From the NCBI GenBank assembly GCA_965203355.1, contig OZ241889.1:192001-256000 (forward strand): a DNA stretch of 64,000 nt, in the 5' to 3' direction. The position numbers were made by a program, and so were the translations under genes. Positions 29,201-37,574 of the stretch are shown here, piece by piece; positions within the stretch are counted from its first letter, which is position 1; each line of letters starts with the position of its first letter. The notes under the pieces were generated by a model. The model was not told the origin of the DNA. It did not search any database and saw only the letters and a list, made by a program, of their open reading frames with translations. The stretch comes from Candidatus Latescibacterota bacterium. Its GTDB lineage: Bacteria > Latescibacterota > UBA2968 > UBA8231.

Positions 29201-31894
29201 CGCCTTTTCCCCGGCCGCAATGGTGACGGTCCCTGCTAATGTCGCGGTATAATCCACGTCGCGGGTCGCCATCGCGCCGCTGGCCGGCGGCACAATCGTA
29301 AAGCGGACCGTCTCAGCCGCCGGAGCCGCGCCCGACAGAGTCGCCGTAACGCGGATTTCAGCCGTCTCGCCGTTTTCGCGCACGGCCGATTGCGAAGCCA
29401 TTACGCTGGCGACGCCAATCGTAACCGGCGCGGCGTCAGCAACCGTGATGGTGAAAGTCCGCACCCCGCCATCGCCGTCGGCATCGATCGCCGTATAGAC
29501 GACCGTGGCCATGCCCGCCAGCGTCGGCGTACCCGAAATCGTCCGCGTGGCCGGGTCAAACGACAGACCCATCGGCAGGCTCGACGAAACGCTGTACGCG
29601 AGGGTGCCTTGGCCGCCCGTGGCCGCGGGCAAAACCTCGCTGAACGCTTGGCCAACAGTCGCTTCAAAGGCTAACGCTCCAGAACCGAAACTCGGTCGGC
29701 CCGTGTCCGCGGGCGTATCCGTATCCGAAGAACCAGAATCGTCCATCTTCGCCGCGTCTTTCAGCTTGATCGCCACGGAACTGACCGCGATCTTGTCGTC
29801 GTCTTGGTTCTTGAGGTTGTCCGTCAACTGCTTCAGCGTGATCGTCTCGTCGTTGTCAGCGGCTCCGTCATTCACCGGCGTGATCGAGATCGTCGTCGAG
29901 CCGGTGATCTCGCCCGCCGGAATCGTCAGCGAGCGAAGCACCGCCGTGTAGTCCACGTCCCGCGTCGCGGCACCGGACACATCCTCATCCAAAACCAACG
30001 TGATCGTCGCATTCGCGTCGAGCACCTTGCCGTCTAATGTGCCCGTAACCGTAACCGTCGTCTCACCCGCGTCCTCTTTGACTTCACCCGGGCTGACCGA
30101 CAGCGTAATTTTTTCGCTCAGCGTCTCATCATCGGTGATCGTGAACTCCGCATCCCTCGTCTGATTATCGTCGGAGCCGACTTTCGCTGTCACCGTGAAC
30201 GTCCGCGCATTATTCGCACCGCTGTTGTCCACCGGCGTGACCCGCAGCGTCGCCGTGCCCTTGGTATCGCCGGCCGGGATCGTCAGCCCCTCAATGACCT
30301 CCACCTCATAATGCACATCGCGCGTCCCAACCCCCGCCGTAATTTGAAAGTCCACCGCCTTAGAGCCAGTTAAAGCCGTCTCCAACTCAACGGTCATCGT
30401 AACGTCCGTCACCCCAGCGGCCTCGCGGATCGTCGCCGGACTCAGCGTAAAATTATCCTTGAGCCGCGCCACCGCAATGTCCTCAACCGTGATGGTGCCG
30501 GGGTTGACCACAATAGGAATGACAAAAGAATCCAAACGCTTGATAACTGTGCCTGCGGGAAGACCAGTCGCCCCCTTAATCACCCCATCGCCGTTAAGGT
30601 CAACACCGATCTCGAGCAGCCTGGGAATACTGCCGGAGCTAAGAGCTCCTCTATCGACTTCATAGGGACCTGCTTCCGTTAGCAATTTTCCTTCGGGCAC
30701 CACATAGGTATCCAAAAAATCGCCATCCCCGAAAAAGTCGATCCCCAAGTCTCGTTCTACTAAGACGGTGCCCGACGTGAGGGTGTCGGAGTTGCTAAGG
30801 TCATATCGATAACCGGACCATGCCCCGAACACTGCTCCGGATCCTAATTTAACACTCCCATCGCCATCCAAGTCTATGGTGGTGGTGAAGTTGGTTCCCA
30901 TAACTTCCGCAATAACAGCGAGTCCTTCCCCTGTCGGTTGTACATGACCATCTTTTTCTAAGGTACCATCACCATTGTAGTCGAACCGGACCTGCTTACC
31001 CGCCTTATTGATCCGTTTCTTAAACTCCACCAGCAGCGTATCCTTGGCCCCCAGCACGATATTGCCCGCCTTATTATTCGGATCAACGGTGATCGTCGTC
31101 TTCCCGTCGACCCTCCGCTTTGGAATGGTCAACTTCCCCAGCCCCCGAATCGAATAATCCACATCGCGCGTCAACGTACTGGTAGAAGCAACAACCAATT
31201 GGTTTTCAAGGTCGCGCTCCGTCCACGAGCCGCCCTTCAACAGCGCCGTCACTTCAACCGAAGTCGCATCCGCCTGCTTGCTGAGCTTGGCCGGCGAAAC
31301 AGAGAGGTCGATATTGGGGACGAACACATCGTCGTCAATCAGCTCGATATAGAAGACGCCCGTAACACCAGTACCACTCTCCGTATAGGACGCGGCGGTT
31401 TTGCCTTTCTCGAAAATGGTTCCAGTAGAACCCCCCACATCAATCACGATAGGAAGATTAACCCGCATTTTAACCTTACCCGTATCGACCGCCGTACCCG
31501 CCGTTATGGTCAGGGTATCGACATCCGCCGAAGCGTTGGCCGCGTTAATTCCAATCCGATTATTGTTGATCGGAGTTATGGTGATCGTCCCTGTCGCCTT
31601 GCGCTCGCCCTTCTTAATCACCAAAGAAGGGAAAGAGATTCTGAACAAATCGTTGAGATAGCGGGACGTGATACCGACAAGACGCAACGGAAGCTGAAGA
31701 TCGGCCTTCGCCTTCGCGTCAGCCGTTCGCAATTCGGCTGTTATCGTAATATCCTGCGCTCCTCCATCCTCGCGAACGGAACGCCGATCAATGGATATGT
31801 CGATGTTCTCGTCCTGAGCCATAGCCTCGCCGGCCCAGCCAAACACCAAACTAGCCGTCAGCAAAAAAGGCACGAACAACTTCGAGTATTTCAT
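26270..31894 (-). CDS. Giant secreted surface protein: Calx-beta-like repeats, He_PIG Ig repeats, FN3-like, dockerin-like, cohesin-like, FlgD-like CTD
   Basis: Signal peptide; about six repeats of S.S...V.E....V.VTA with TRDVDY-type motifs; three GLSFD.ATRT[IL]SGTP; duplicated FDDFFVLAD.FG; VGEEFIVNV...GYGLQVAYD; NYPNPFNP...KMLLLK. Confidence 0.85.
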   Translation of the reverse strand: MKYSKLFVPFLLTASLVFGWAGEAMAQDENIDISIDRRSVREDGGAQDITITAELRTADAKAKADLQLPLRLVGITSRYLNDLFRISFPSLVIKKGERKATGTITITPINNNRIGINAANASADVDTLTITAGTAVDTGKVKMRVNLPIVIDVGGSTGTIFEKGKTAASYTESGTGVTGVFYIELIDDDVFVPNIDLSVSPAKLSKQADATSVEVTALLKGGSWTERDLENQLVVASTSTLTRDVDYSIRGLGKLTIPKRRVDGKTTITVDPNNKAGNIVLGAKDTLLVEFKKRINKAGKQVRFDYNGDGTLEKDGHVQPTGEGLAVIAEVMGTNFTTTIDLDGDGSVKLGSGAVFGAWSGYRYDLSNSDTLTSGTVLVERDLGIDFFGDGDFLDTYVVPEGKLLTEAGPYEVDRGALSSGSIPRLLEIGVDLNGDGVIKGATGLPAGTVIKRLDSFVIPIVVNPGTITVEDIAVARLKDNFTLSPATIREAAGVTDVTMTVELETALTGSKAVDFQITAGVGTRDVHYEVEVIEGLTIPAGDTKGTATLRVTPVDNSGANNARTFTVTAKVGSDDNQTRDAEFTITDDETLSEKITLSVSPGEVKEDAGETTVTVTGTLDGKVLDANATITLVLDEDVSGAATRDVDYTAVLRSLTIPAGEITGSTTISITPVNDGAADNDETITLKQLTDNLKNQDDDKIAVSSVAIKLKDAAKMDDSGSSDTDTPADTGRPSFGSGALAFEATVGQAFSEVLPAATGGQGTLAYSVSSSLPMGLSFDPATRTISGTPTLAGMATVVYTAIDADGDGGVRTFTITVADAAPVTIGVASVMASQSAVRENGETAEIRVTATLSGAAPAAETVRFTIVPPASGAMATRDVDYTATLAGTVTIAAGEKAGWTTLFLSPIDNASADGHKHLGVRAAASGGWAQVDIRISDDETPSTSLVLSVMPSAISESAELTEVMVMAALDGKPLAENATVSVSIDAAASSATRDTDYSALFNPTITIAAGSIMGSTRLLVDPVSDGMAEGDETIVLNAMLPGFAESSATLVLTDMDSGMMDGDDDKEMMLPLAFVDGASIAVHTYTAGTAITPLVLPVALGGEGTITYSVSGLPAGLSFDAATRTLSGTPEAEGTMEVTYTAMAGDESVSLMFTITVNAMLDFGDLSALFGLFNSGAGKANPADSHDNSMIQLAINVPANLTLPAVSGGTPPLTYSVSGLPAGLSFDPATRTISGTPTTMGETVATYTVMDANGASQSLPVSMAVVEPPLSAPTNLVAEDYKGADGQGDQGGFVMLSWELSADHKSLDSYRIFRALPVLENEMVPWARVDAVPGVAMGRAIVATLDNVSTRWGIAAERGGRTTHHVAKAVFVEADDLTQPYAQMAATLQASRDAAQGGEGPVLASLLPEALAYARGVAPKLNVVSSVLSSSITWTAEAVRATDDIAPLAVSALQVLDAPDDQGGRIALTWTLSPSDQVLQGVVAGALGPAPVEPVVGVHGYRIYRRAVGDETFSVVAEVASGVASFVDETAQHGVHYTYQVRAFDLDNETGSVEHTALAVRNRVADSQGQALLGLFGADARIGFDDFFVLADRFGLTAGDAGFDPAFDLAPNGTIDFDDFFVLADHFGRSVAVAGKPVPLRTGLNADARLYLDAPTALPSVGEEFIVNVRLADFVAVKGYGLQVAYDADQLTFVEVRTDQPLGGSAFATPQVLADQAGVLTVAAHGDVVSDGELMLRLVFRPTTEIAHTTLEITDSQTYDRALGFNRLALPAPISVQTRPAVFSLAANYPNPFNPQTTIQYALPQAADVVLTVYNVLGQPIRTLVAEHQAAGRYAVEWDATNDSGQSVSSGMYFYRLQAGGDFLDIQKMLLLK

Positions 31895-32040
31895 CGGTAA
31901 AACTCCTTTGTGGAAAGAGTATGATGTGGTATGTTGATTAGCTTCTTAAAAAGCGCTTGCGTTCTCGCGTCTGCAATCCTAAGAAATATAGATGTAAATA
32001 CAAATAGACGCAAACGAAAATAGGGAGTGGAACCTTTTGA

Positions 32041-32059
32041 AGTGTAGCTTTACTACACT
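32041..32059. promoter_or_regulatory. Inverted repeat, possible operator
   Basis: AGTGTAG-CTTTA-CTACACT in the AT-rich region upstream of the giant protein gene. Confidence 0.35.
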
Positions 32060-32110
32060 ACCAACGGATAGGCCGATGAATGAATCGAAAGCCCAATGCC
32101 CGATAAAATC

Positions 32111-32123
32111 GGGGGGGGGGGGG
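32111..32123. repeat. Poly-G homopolymer (13 G)
   Basis: Directly visible; intergenic, upstream of the 1874-aa gene. Confidence 0.9.
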
Positions 32124-32347
32124 TAAGTAGTTGTTTTTTAACAACTTATGAAAATAAAGACTCGGCGTTCTTTCAAGCGTAAAACAAGGTATCGTCATCT
32201 CACCAAACACCGCTCCCAGCAATGGTACTTTTGCAACTTGTGCTATTGACGCTGTGCCCATCCTGTTAAGCCGCCTAAGAGTGCCGCAAGCCGCCGGGGT
32301 TGTATCCTAAATTTCAAAACGTACCACTGCCTTTCTTAACGGCAACT

Positions 32348-32449
32348 TCACTCCTGGGGACGGTACGATTCGCCAGACTCGGCCACCCGTTCCCCGCGCC
32401 AATGCGACTAGCCCGATCAAAAAGCGAATCCCGAATCCCCACTTTCCAT
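32348..32449 (-). pseudogene. Deletion remnant, third copy of the TM-coiled-coil gene
   Basis: Same 42-nt leader and ATGGAAAGT start, fused directly to the IRDSLFDRA...VAESGESY tail; frameshifted with in-frame stops. Confidence 0.85.
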
Positions 32450-32491
32450 CAGAACACCTCCGCCAAAGCTGTCGCCAGATAGGTTACTCTT

Positions 32492-32932
32492 TTATCCCTG
32501 GGGATGGTACGACTCGCCAGACTCGGCCACCCGTTCCCCCGCGCCAACGCGCCCAGCCCGATCAAAAAGCGAATCCCGAATCCCCTCAATAAGCCCTGCC
32601 GTGTGAGCCTGAGATTGCTCCAAACGACCCACACGAGACGAAAGAGCTTCAAGCGAATCCCGAATCCCCTCGATAAGCCCCGCCGTGTGAGCCTGCTCCT
32701 GCTCCAAACGACTCACACGAGACGAAAAATCGTCAAGTGAATCCCGAATCCCCTCGATAAGCCCTGCCGTATGCGCCTGAGATTGCTCCAGATGCGCTTG
32801 AGACTGCTCCAAACGACCCACACGAGACGAAAGATCCCGCATCTCAGCGCGGATGCTTCGCGTCGTAGCCAGTATTAAACCCGCCAACGCAATACCGACG
32901 CCTATAACAGTCCAGTCCACATTACTTTCCAT
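32492..32932 (-). CDS. N-terminal TM plus coiled-coil repeat protein (copy 2; three 28-aa repeats)
   Basis: GGAGGAGG RBS; SSRV[GS]RLEQ.QAHTAGLIEGIRDSL three times plus an extra LEQSQAH heptad. Confidence 0.8.
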   Translation of the reverse strand: MESNVDWTVIGVGIALAGLILATTRSIRAEMRDLSSRVGRLEQSQAHLEQSQAHTAGLIEGIRDSLDDFSSRVSRLEQEQAHTAGLIEGIRDSLEALSSRVGRLEQSQAHTAGLIEGIRDSLFDRAGRVGAGERVAESGESYHPQG

Positions 32933-32974
32933 GAGAACACCTCCTCCAAAGCTGTCGCCAGATAGGTCGCTCTT

Positions 32975-33334
32975 TTATCCCTGGGGATGGTACGATTCGC
33001 CAGACTCGGCCACCCGTTCCCCCGCGCCAACGCGCCCAGCCCGATCAAAAAGCGAATCTCGAATCCCCTCGATAAGCCCTGCCGTATGAGCCTGAGATTG
33101 CTCCAAACGACTCACACGAGACGAAAGATCGTCAAGCGAATCCCGAATCCCCTCGATAAGCCCCGCCGTATGAGCCTGAGCCTGCTCCAAACGACTCACA
33201 CGAGACGAAAAATCCCGCATCTCAGCGCGGATACTTCGCATCGTAGCCAGTATTAACCCCGCCAACGCAATACCGACGCTCACCAACGCAACGACGACAC
33301 CTACAAAAGGAATCCAGCCCACATTGCTTTCCAT
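32975..33334 (-). CDS. N-terminal TM plus coiled-coil repeat protein (copy 1; two 28-aa repeats)
   Basis: Paralogue of 32492-32932 with identical C-terminus FDRAGRVGAGERVAESGESYHPQG; GGAGGAG RBS. Confidence 0.8.
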   Translation of the reverse strand: MESNVGWIPFVGVVVALVSVGIALAGLILATMRSIRAEMRDFSSRVSRLEQAQAHTAGLIEGIRDSLDDLSSRVSRLEQSQAHTAGLIEGIRDSLFDRAGRVGAGERVAESGESYHPQG

Positions 33335-33394
33335 GAGAACATCTCCTCCAAGGCTTTGACCAGATATACTACTTTACTCATCCCTATCCATTTG

Positions 33395-35824
33395 TCAACC
33401 ATCTCGCCGCCACGCCACCACCAAGCCCACCAATACCGCCAAGCCCACCAATACCGCCAGCCGCGACCAAGCCAACACTCGCGAAAAATAGCGCAATTCC
33501 ACCTCGTGTTCTCCCGCCGACAAAGCCACGCCCTTCCATATATAGTTCACCCGCAACATCTCGGCCTCTTGCCCATCCACCCACACCGACCAATTCGATT
33601 GGTAATTCTCCGACACCACCAACAAACGCGGCTCCTTACTGTTCGTCCGCAGGCGAATCAGCCCGTCCGCCGGATCGTACGCCAGCCGCTCGATCCGGTC
33701 GCCCGCCCACTCCCCCGCGCCATCGAGCTGCACCGTCGGCACTTTCTCCAACAAAGCCACGCGCTGCAGATCCACCCGGCCGCTCAGCAGCCGCGTCAAA
33801 ACCGCCTCGCCGCCATCCAAAACCTCGGCTTGCGGCACCAAGTAAAACCACGGCAACGCCTGCGGATTTTCGTACAGGCGAAAGCGCGCCGCCTCAAAGC
33901 GCAGCGGATACGCCGCCATATTCAGTTCTAGCGGCTTGGGCACAGCCAAGTACTTCCCATTGAGCAAATTCAACAGCGATTGAAACCCTGCCGACGGCAC
34001 CCCCGTGTGCAAAAATTGCTGCACCAGCGGCTCAAACTCCTTCAGCATCCGATCGTAGCGCCCCACCGTCAAATCGTGAAAACCCGTAATGGACCAAACG
34101 CCGTGCAAGTGATAGCCCGGCTCCTCCAGCACCCGAAAGCTAGGCAAGGGCAAGATGCGAAAGAGCGACTCATCGCTTTGCAAAAACTGAACGGCACGCG
34201 GATTCTCTCGGCGAATATCGGTATAGTGGCTCGGATTCCGATAGTGCAAATAAACCCGATCAACGCGCCACGTATCGAACAGCGTCACCGCACACAAACC
34301 CGCCACCAACACCGTCGCCGAAAGCTGGCCCCACAGCCGCAGATAGAGCAACGCCAAACCCGCACCCACGGCCAGCACCACGCACCAGCCGCCGCGCGCA
34401 ATCCAATCGTAGCTCCCAGCCAACACCGCCCTCTTCTGCGGCGCAATGTCCTCGTACAAAGCAGAAATCCAAGCGTCGGTCATGCCCTGCGGAAAAAGTG
34501 CCACCAGCAAGGCCAGCGCGGCGAGGATGCCGCCGACATAGGCCAAGCGTTTCCGCAACACCGCCCGCTCGTCCGCGTCGGCGTCTAATACCCGCTGCAA
34601 CCCCAACCCAGCCAGCGCACACCCGGCAAACGCGAACACAAACGAACCCATGCCAATGGCGCGCTGCACATCCGCCCCGGGCAGCAAGTGAAACGCCAGC
34701 CAATGCACGGGCGTGTGCTCGCCCAATACGTAAGCCAACGCCAGCACAAACACGCCCCCCAATACCACCACTTGAGGACGCCGCCGCCACTCTGGCACCA
34801 TCAGCAGAGCCAATAGAACAGCCAGCACGCCAAAGTACTCGGAGTTGACCTTGAACGCATTGCGGCCCCAATAGCGCGAACCACCCTCCACCAGCACATC
34901 GTCGTACCCCCCGAACTCCGGCACCACCAGCGACGCCACTTCTTCGGGATGCAGAGACCAACTCCGCGCATACGCAAGCTGTTCCTCCACCGTCTTGCCG
35001 CCCACCTCATCGCCCGTAGCACGCTTGGACTCGGCGCGCGTGTAGAGCATCACCGGAAAGGCCCCCTCCGCTCCCAACGCCAAGCCCAGCACCACCGCGC
35101 CGACAAAATGCACCAAGCGGCGCACCAAAGCCCGCTCGCGGCGCATCTGGTACAACTTAAATAGGAAATAGACGCCGAGGCCCAAGAGCGCAAAGTACGT
35201 CATCGGCGGATGAGAGTAGATACACGCCCCAATCAGCACCCCGACTGCCGCCCAATAAATCAGCCTGCTCCGCGCCAAAGCCCGTTCCAACGCCCCGATG
35301 ATCCACGGGAACAGGGCAATGACGCCCATCTTGGCATAGTGCCCGGCCAAAGGGAACGCCAAGAAGGTCGGCGCAGACATAAAAGCCACCCCGCCCCACA
35401 GCGCGGCGCGCCCACCCACGTGAACTTGCCGCAAGTACGCGTACATCCCCAAGCCAGCGACGAACATCGTCAGGATATAGCGCCAGCCAACATACCGCTG
35501 AAAGCTCGTAAAAAAGTACAAAACGTACGCCGGAAAGTACTGGGGACGAATGCCCTCGGACTGGGGGAAGCCGCCCATCTTGGGATCCCACATCGGCTGG
35601 TCCACAGTCTGCACTTTGTCCCAGAAGCTCAGGTCCGCGCCCTGGTGGTAATCCGTCCCCACATCCATGCCAAAGACGATCTTGTCCGACAGCGGGAATT
35701 CGTAGAAGTACAGCAAGCTCAAGGCGAGAAAAAAGATCGGCGGAAAAAGTCGGTGATTCCACAAGGGCGACCTATCGGCCTTTGCCGGTGCTTGGGTTTT
35801 GGCGCGTTTGTTCTTTTGGACCAT
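33395..35824 (-). CDS. YfhO-family multi-TM glycosyltransferase-like (GT-C) protein
   Basis: PMWDPKMGGFP, many TMs, C-terminal LLVVSENY..NWSVWVDG...GEHEVELRY; likely start MVQKNK at 35824. Confidence 0.85.
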   Translation of the reverse strand: MVQKNKRAKTQAPAKADRSPLWNHRLFPPIFFLALSLLYFYEFPLSDKIVFGMDVGTDYHQGADLSFWDKVQTVDQPMWDPKMGGFPQSEGIRPQYFPAYVLYFFTSFQRYVGWRYILTMFVAGLGMYAYLRQVHVGGRAALWGGVAFMSAPTFLAFPLAGHYAKMGVIALFPWIIGALERALARSRLIYWAAVGVLIGACIYSHPPMTYFALLGLGVYFLFKLYQMRRERALVRRLVHFVGAVVLGLALGAEGAFPVMLYTRAESKRATGDEVGGKTVEEQLAYARSWSLHPEEVASLVVPEFGGYDDVLVEGGSRYWGRNAFKVNSEYFGVLAVLLALLMVPEWRRRPQVVVLGGVFVLALAYVLGEHTPVHWLAFHLLPGADVQRAIGMGSFVFAFAGCALAGLGLQRVLDADADERAVLRKRLAYVGGILAALALLVALFPQGMTDAWISALYEDIAPQKRAVLAGSYDWIARGGWCVVLAVGAGLALLYLRLWGQLSATVLVAGLCAVTLFDTWRVDRVYLHYRNPSHYTDIRRENPRAVQFLQSDESLFRILPLPSFRVLEEPGYHLHGVWSITGFHDLTVGRYDRMLKEFEPLVQQFLHTGVPSAGFQSLLNLLNGKYLAVPKPLELNMAAYPLRFEAARFRLYENPQALPWFYLVPQAEVLDGGEAVLTRLLSGRVDLQRVALLEKVPTVQLDGAGEWAGDRIERLAYDPADGLIRLRTNSKEPRLLVVSENYQSNWSVWVDGQEAEMLRVNYIWKGVALSAGEHEVELRYFSRVLAWSRLAVLVGLAVLVGLVVAWRRDG

Positions 35825-35841
35825 AGAATCCTTCCAGCGGC

Positions 35842-36960
35842 CTAATCTCGTCCCATTTCTTCGACCACCCGCAAATATACATTCTCCAGATCCTCGGCCA
35901 ACCGATCCCAACCAAACCGCCCGGCCCACACTCGACCCGCCATCCCCAGTGCCTGACGCTTGGAGTCATCCGCAATCAACGCCCGCATCCCGTCTGCCAA
36001 AGCCCCCACATCCTCGGGCGGCACCAACACCCCAGTCTCATCGTGGCGCACGGCGTCGCGCAGGCCGTCGATATTGGTTCCCAACACAGCTTTACCAGCG
36101 GCCGCCGCTTCTACGGCCACCATGCACCAACCCTCGTAGCGGGACGGGACGCAGACCATGAGCGCACGGCGCAAAAGCTCGCCTTGTCGTTCCTCTTCCA
36201 CGCTCCCGATTATCTCCACCCGGCCCGCCAAACCCGCCCGCCGCGCCAAGCCGCGCACCCTAGCGAGTTGCGGCGGAGTGCCGCGCCCGGCCAGCTTGAG
36301 GTGAATATCCGGGTACTCGTCAGCCATCTCGGCAAACGCAGCAATCAACAGGTCAATCCCCTTCGTGTGTACATCCATGCGCCCAAAGTAGAGCAAGTAC
36401 GGCGCTTCCTCGGGCACCAGCGCAAAAAAGCGCCGATCGACGCCGTTGTACACTATATCCACCTCCGCATCGTGCGCCCGGCACTGAATGGACGCGCGCA
36501 CACTCGGAGAGATCGTCAAGATGCGTCCATAGGCACGCAGGACGCGGCGCTCGCACAGCCACGCCACGCCGCCCACCAGCGGATGCTTGGCGAAGGCGTG
36601 CATACCCATGAAGTGATGAAACAAAAGCAACCCCTGCCGCCGCAGCGCGGCCGGAACGCGCAACGGCGCAAACGCCGAAAACTCGTTGATCCACAAATCC
36701 CATTCCAACCGCTGCAACTGGGCTACGGCCGCATGGCAATAACCCAAACGGCTCAGGGCATAGCTGCGGGCCGAGCCGACCCGCAACAGGCGCAGGCCGT
36801 GCCGCTCGGTCTCCGGCTCCGCCCCGGGAAAAAGGCCGCTGACGACGGTAATCTCGTGGCGGCTGGCCAAGCGGCGATAGAGTTCCATCGCCCGCACCGC
36901 ACCGCCGCCACCCAGCCACGGATTGGCCGGGTCGTCGTACATCAAGTGGCAAATCTTCAT
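35842..36960 (-). CDS. Glycosyltransferase family 4
   Basis: YFGR..KG, PSRYEGWCMVAVEAAAAGKAV motif. Confidence 0.92.
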   Translation of the reverse strand: MKICHLMYDDPANPWLGGGGAVRAMELYRRLASRHEITVVSGLFPGAEPETERHGLRLLRVGSARSYALSRLGYCHAAVAQLQRLEWDLWINEFSAFAPLRVPAALRRQGLLLFHHFMGMHAFAKHPLVGGVAWLCERRVLRAYGRILTISPSVRASIQCRAHDAEVDIVYNGVDRRFFALVPEEAPYLLYFGRMDVHTKGIDLLIAAFAEMADEYPDIHLKLAGRGTPPQLARVRGLARRAGLAGRVEIIGSVEEERQGELLRRALMVCVPSRYEGWCMVAVEAAAAGKAVLGTNIDGLRDAVRHDETGVLVPPEDVGALADGMRALIADDSKRQALGMAGRVWAGRFGWDRLAEDLENVYLRVVEEMGRD

Positions 36961-36977
36961 GGACTTTTGCCCGCGCT

Positions 36978-37574
36978 TCAGAGCACGCCTTTAGTCGAAG
37001 GAATGCCTTGGACCCGCTCGCTCCGCTGCGCAGCCATGAGCAGGGCGCGCGCGAATGCCTTGAACAGGGCCTCAATACCGTGGTGAGCGTTGTGGCCGCG
37101 CACGAGGTCGAGGTGCAGATTCATCCGACCTTGGTCGGCCACCGCGTAGAAAAACTCGCGCACCAAGGACACATCCAGCGCGCCGACTCGCTCTTCGCTG
37201 AAGGCCGCGGCAAAGACCAAATAGGCCCGGCCCGACAAATCCACCACAGCCCGCGCGAGCGCTTCATCCATGGGCACGTAGCTGTGGCCGTAACGCTGAA
37301 TACCGGCCTTGTCGCCCAAGGCTTGAGCCATGGCTTGGCCGAGGCAGATGCCCACGTCTTCCACCGTGTGGTGAGCATCCACATGCAGATCGCCGCGGCA
37401 TTGGACGTCTAGATCGCACAGGCCGTGCCGAGCAAAGGCGTGGAGCATGTGATCGAAGAAGCCGAGGCCCGTGTCGGCGCGGCATTGGCCGCTGCCGTCG
37501 AGGCACAACCGCAACTCAATCTCGGTCTCAGTCGTCCGACGTACAATCTGCGCCGTGCGCTGATCTGCGCTCAT
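36978..37574 (-). CDS. hisB: Imidazoleglycerol-phosphate dehydratase
   Basis: RRTTETEI, FFDHML, DAHHTVED, NAHHGIEALFKA, IPSTKG; ATG overlaps the hisD stop. Confidence 0.96.
   Translation of the reverse strand: MSADQRTAQIVRRTTETEIELRLCLDGSGQCRADTGLGFFDHMLHAFARHGLCDLDVQCRGDLHVDAHHTVEDVGICLGQAMAQALGDKAGIQRYGHSYVPMDEALARAVVDLSGRAYLVFAAAFSEERVGALDVSLVREFFYAVADQGRMNLHLDLVRGHNAHHGIEALFKAFARALLMAAQRSERVQGIPSTKGVL

Noticed and set aside
28190-29580. Three near-identical DNA repeats (GTGGCCG.GTCAAACGACAG.CC) as DGR template/variable repeats or recombination sites
   Set aside because: They encode the GLSFD.ATRT.SGTP He_PIG domain repeats; no adenine-specific mismatch pattern and no reverse transcriptase.
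32348-32449. In-frame TGA at codon 11 of the third array copy as possible Sec
   Set aside because: A TAG follows three codons later and the frame is shifted relative to the paralogues; it is a pseudogene.
32492-33334. Regular 84-bp repeats as a possible CRISPR array
   Set aside because: Repeats are contiguous, in-frame coding units with no unique spacers, and there are no cas genes.
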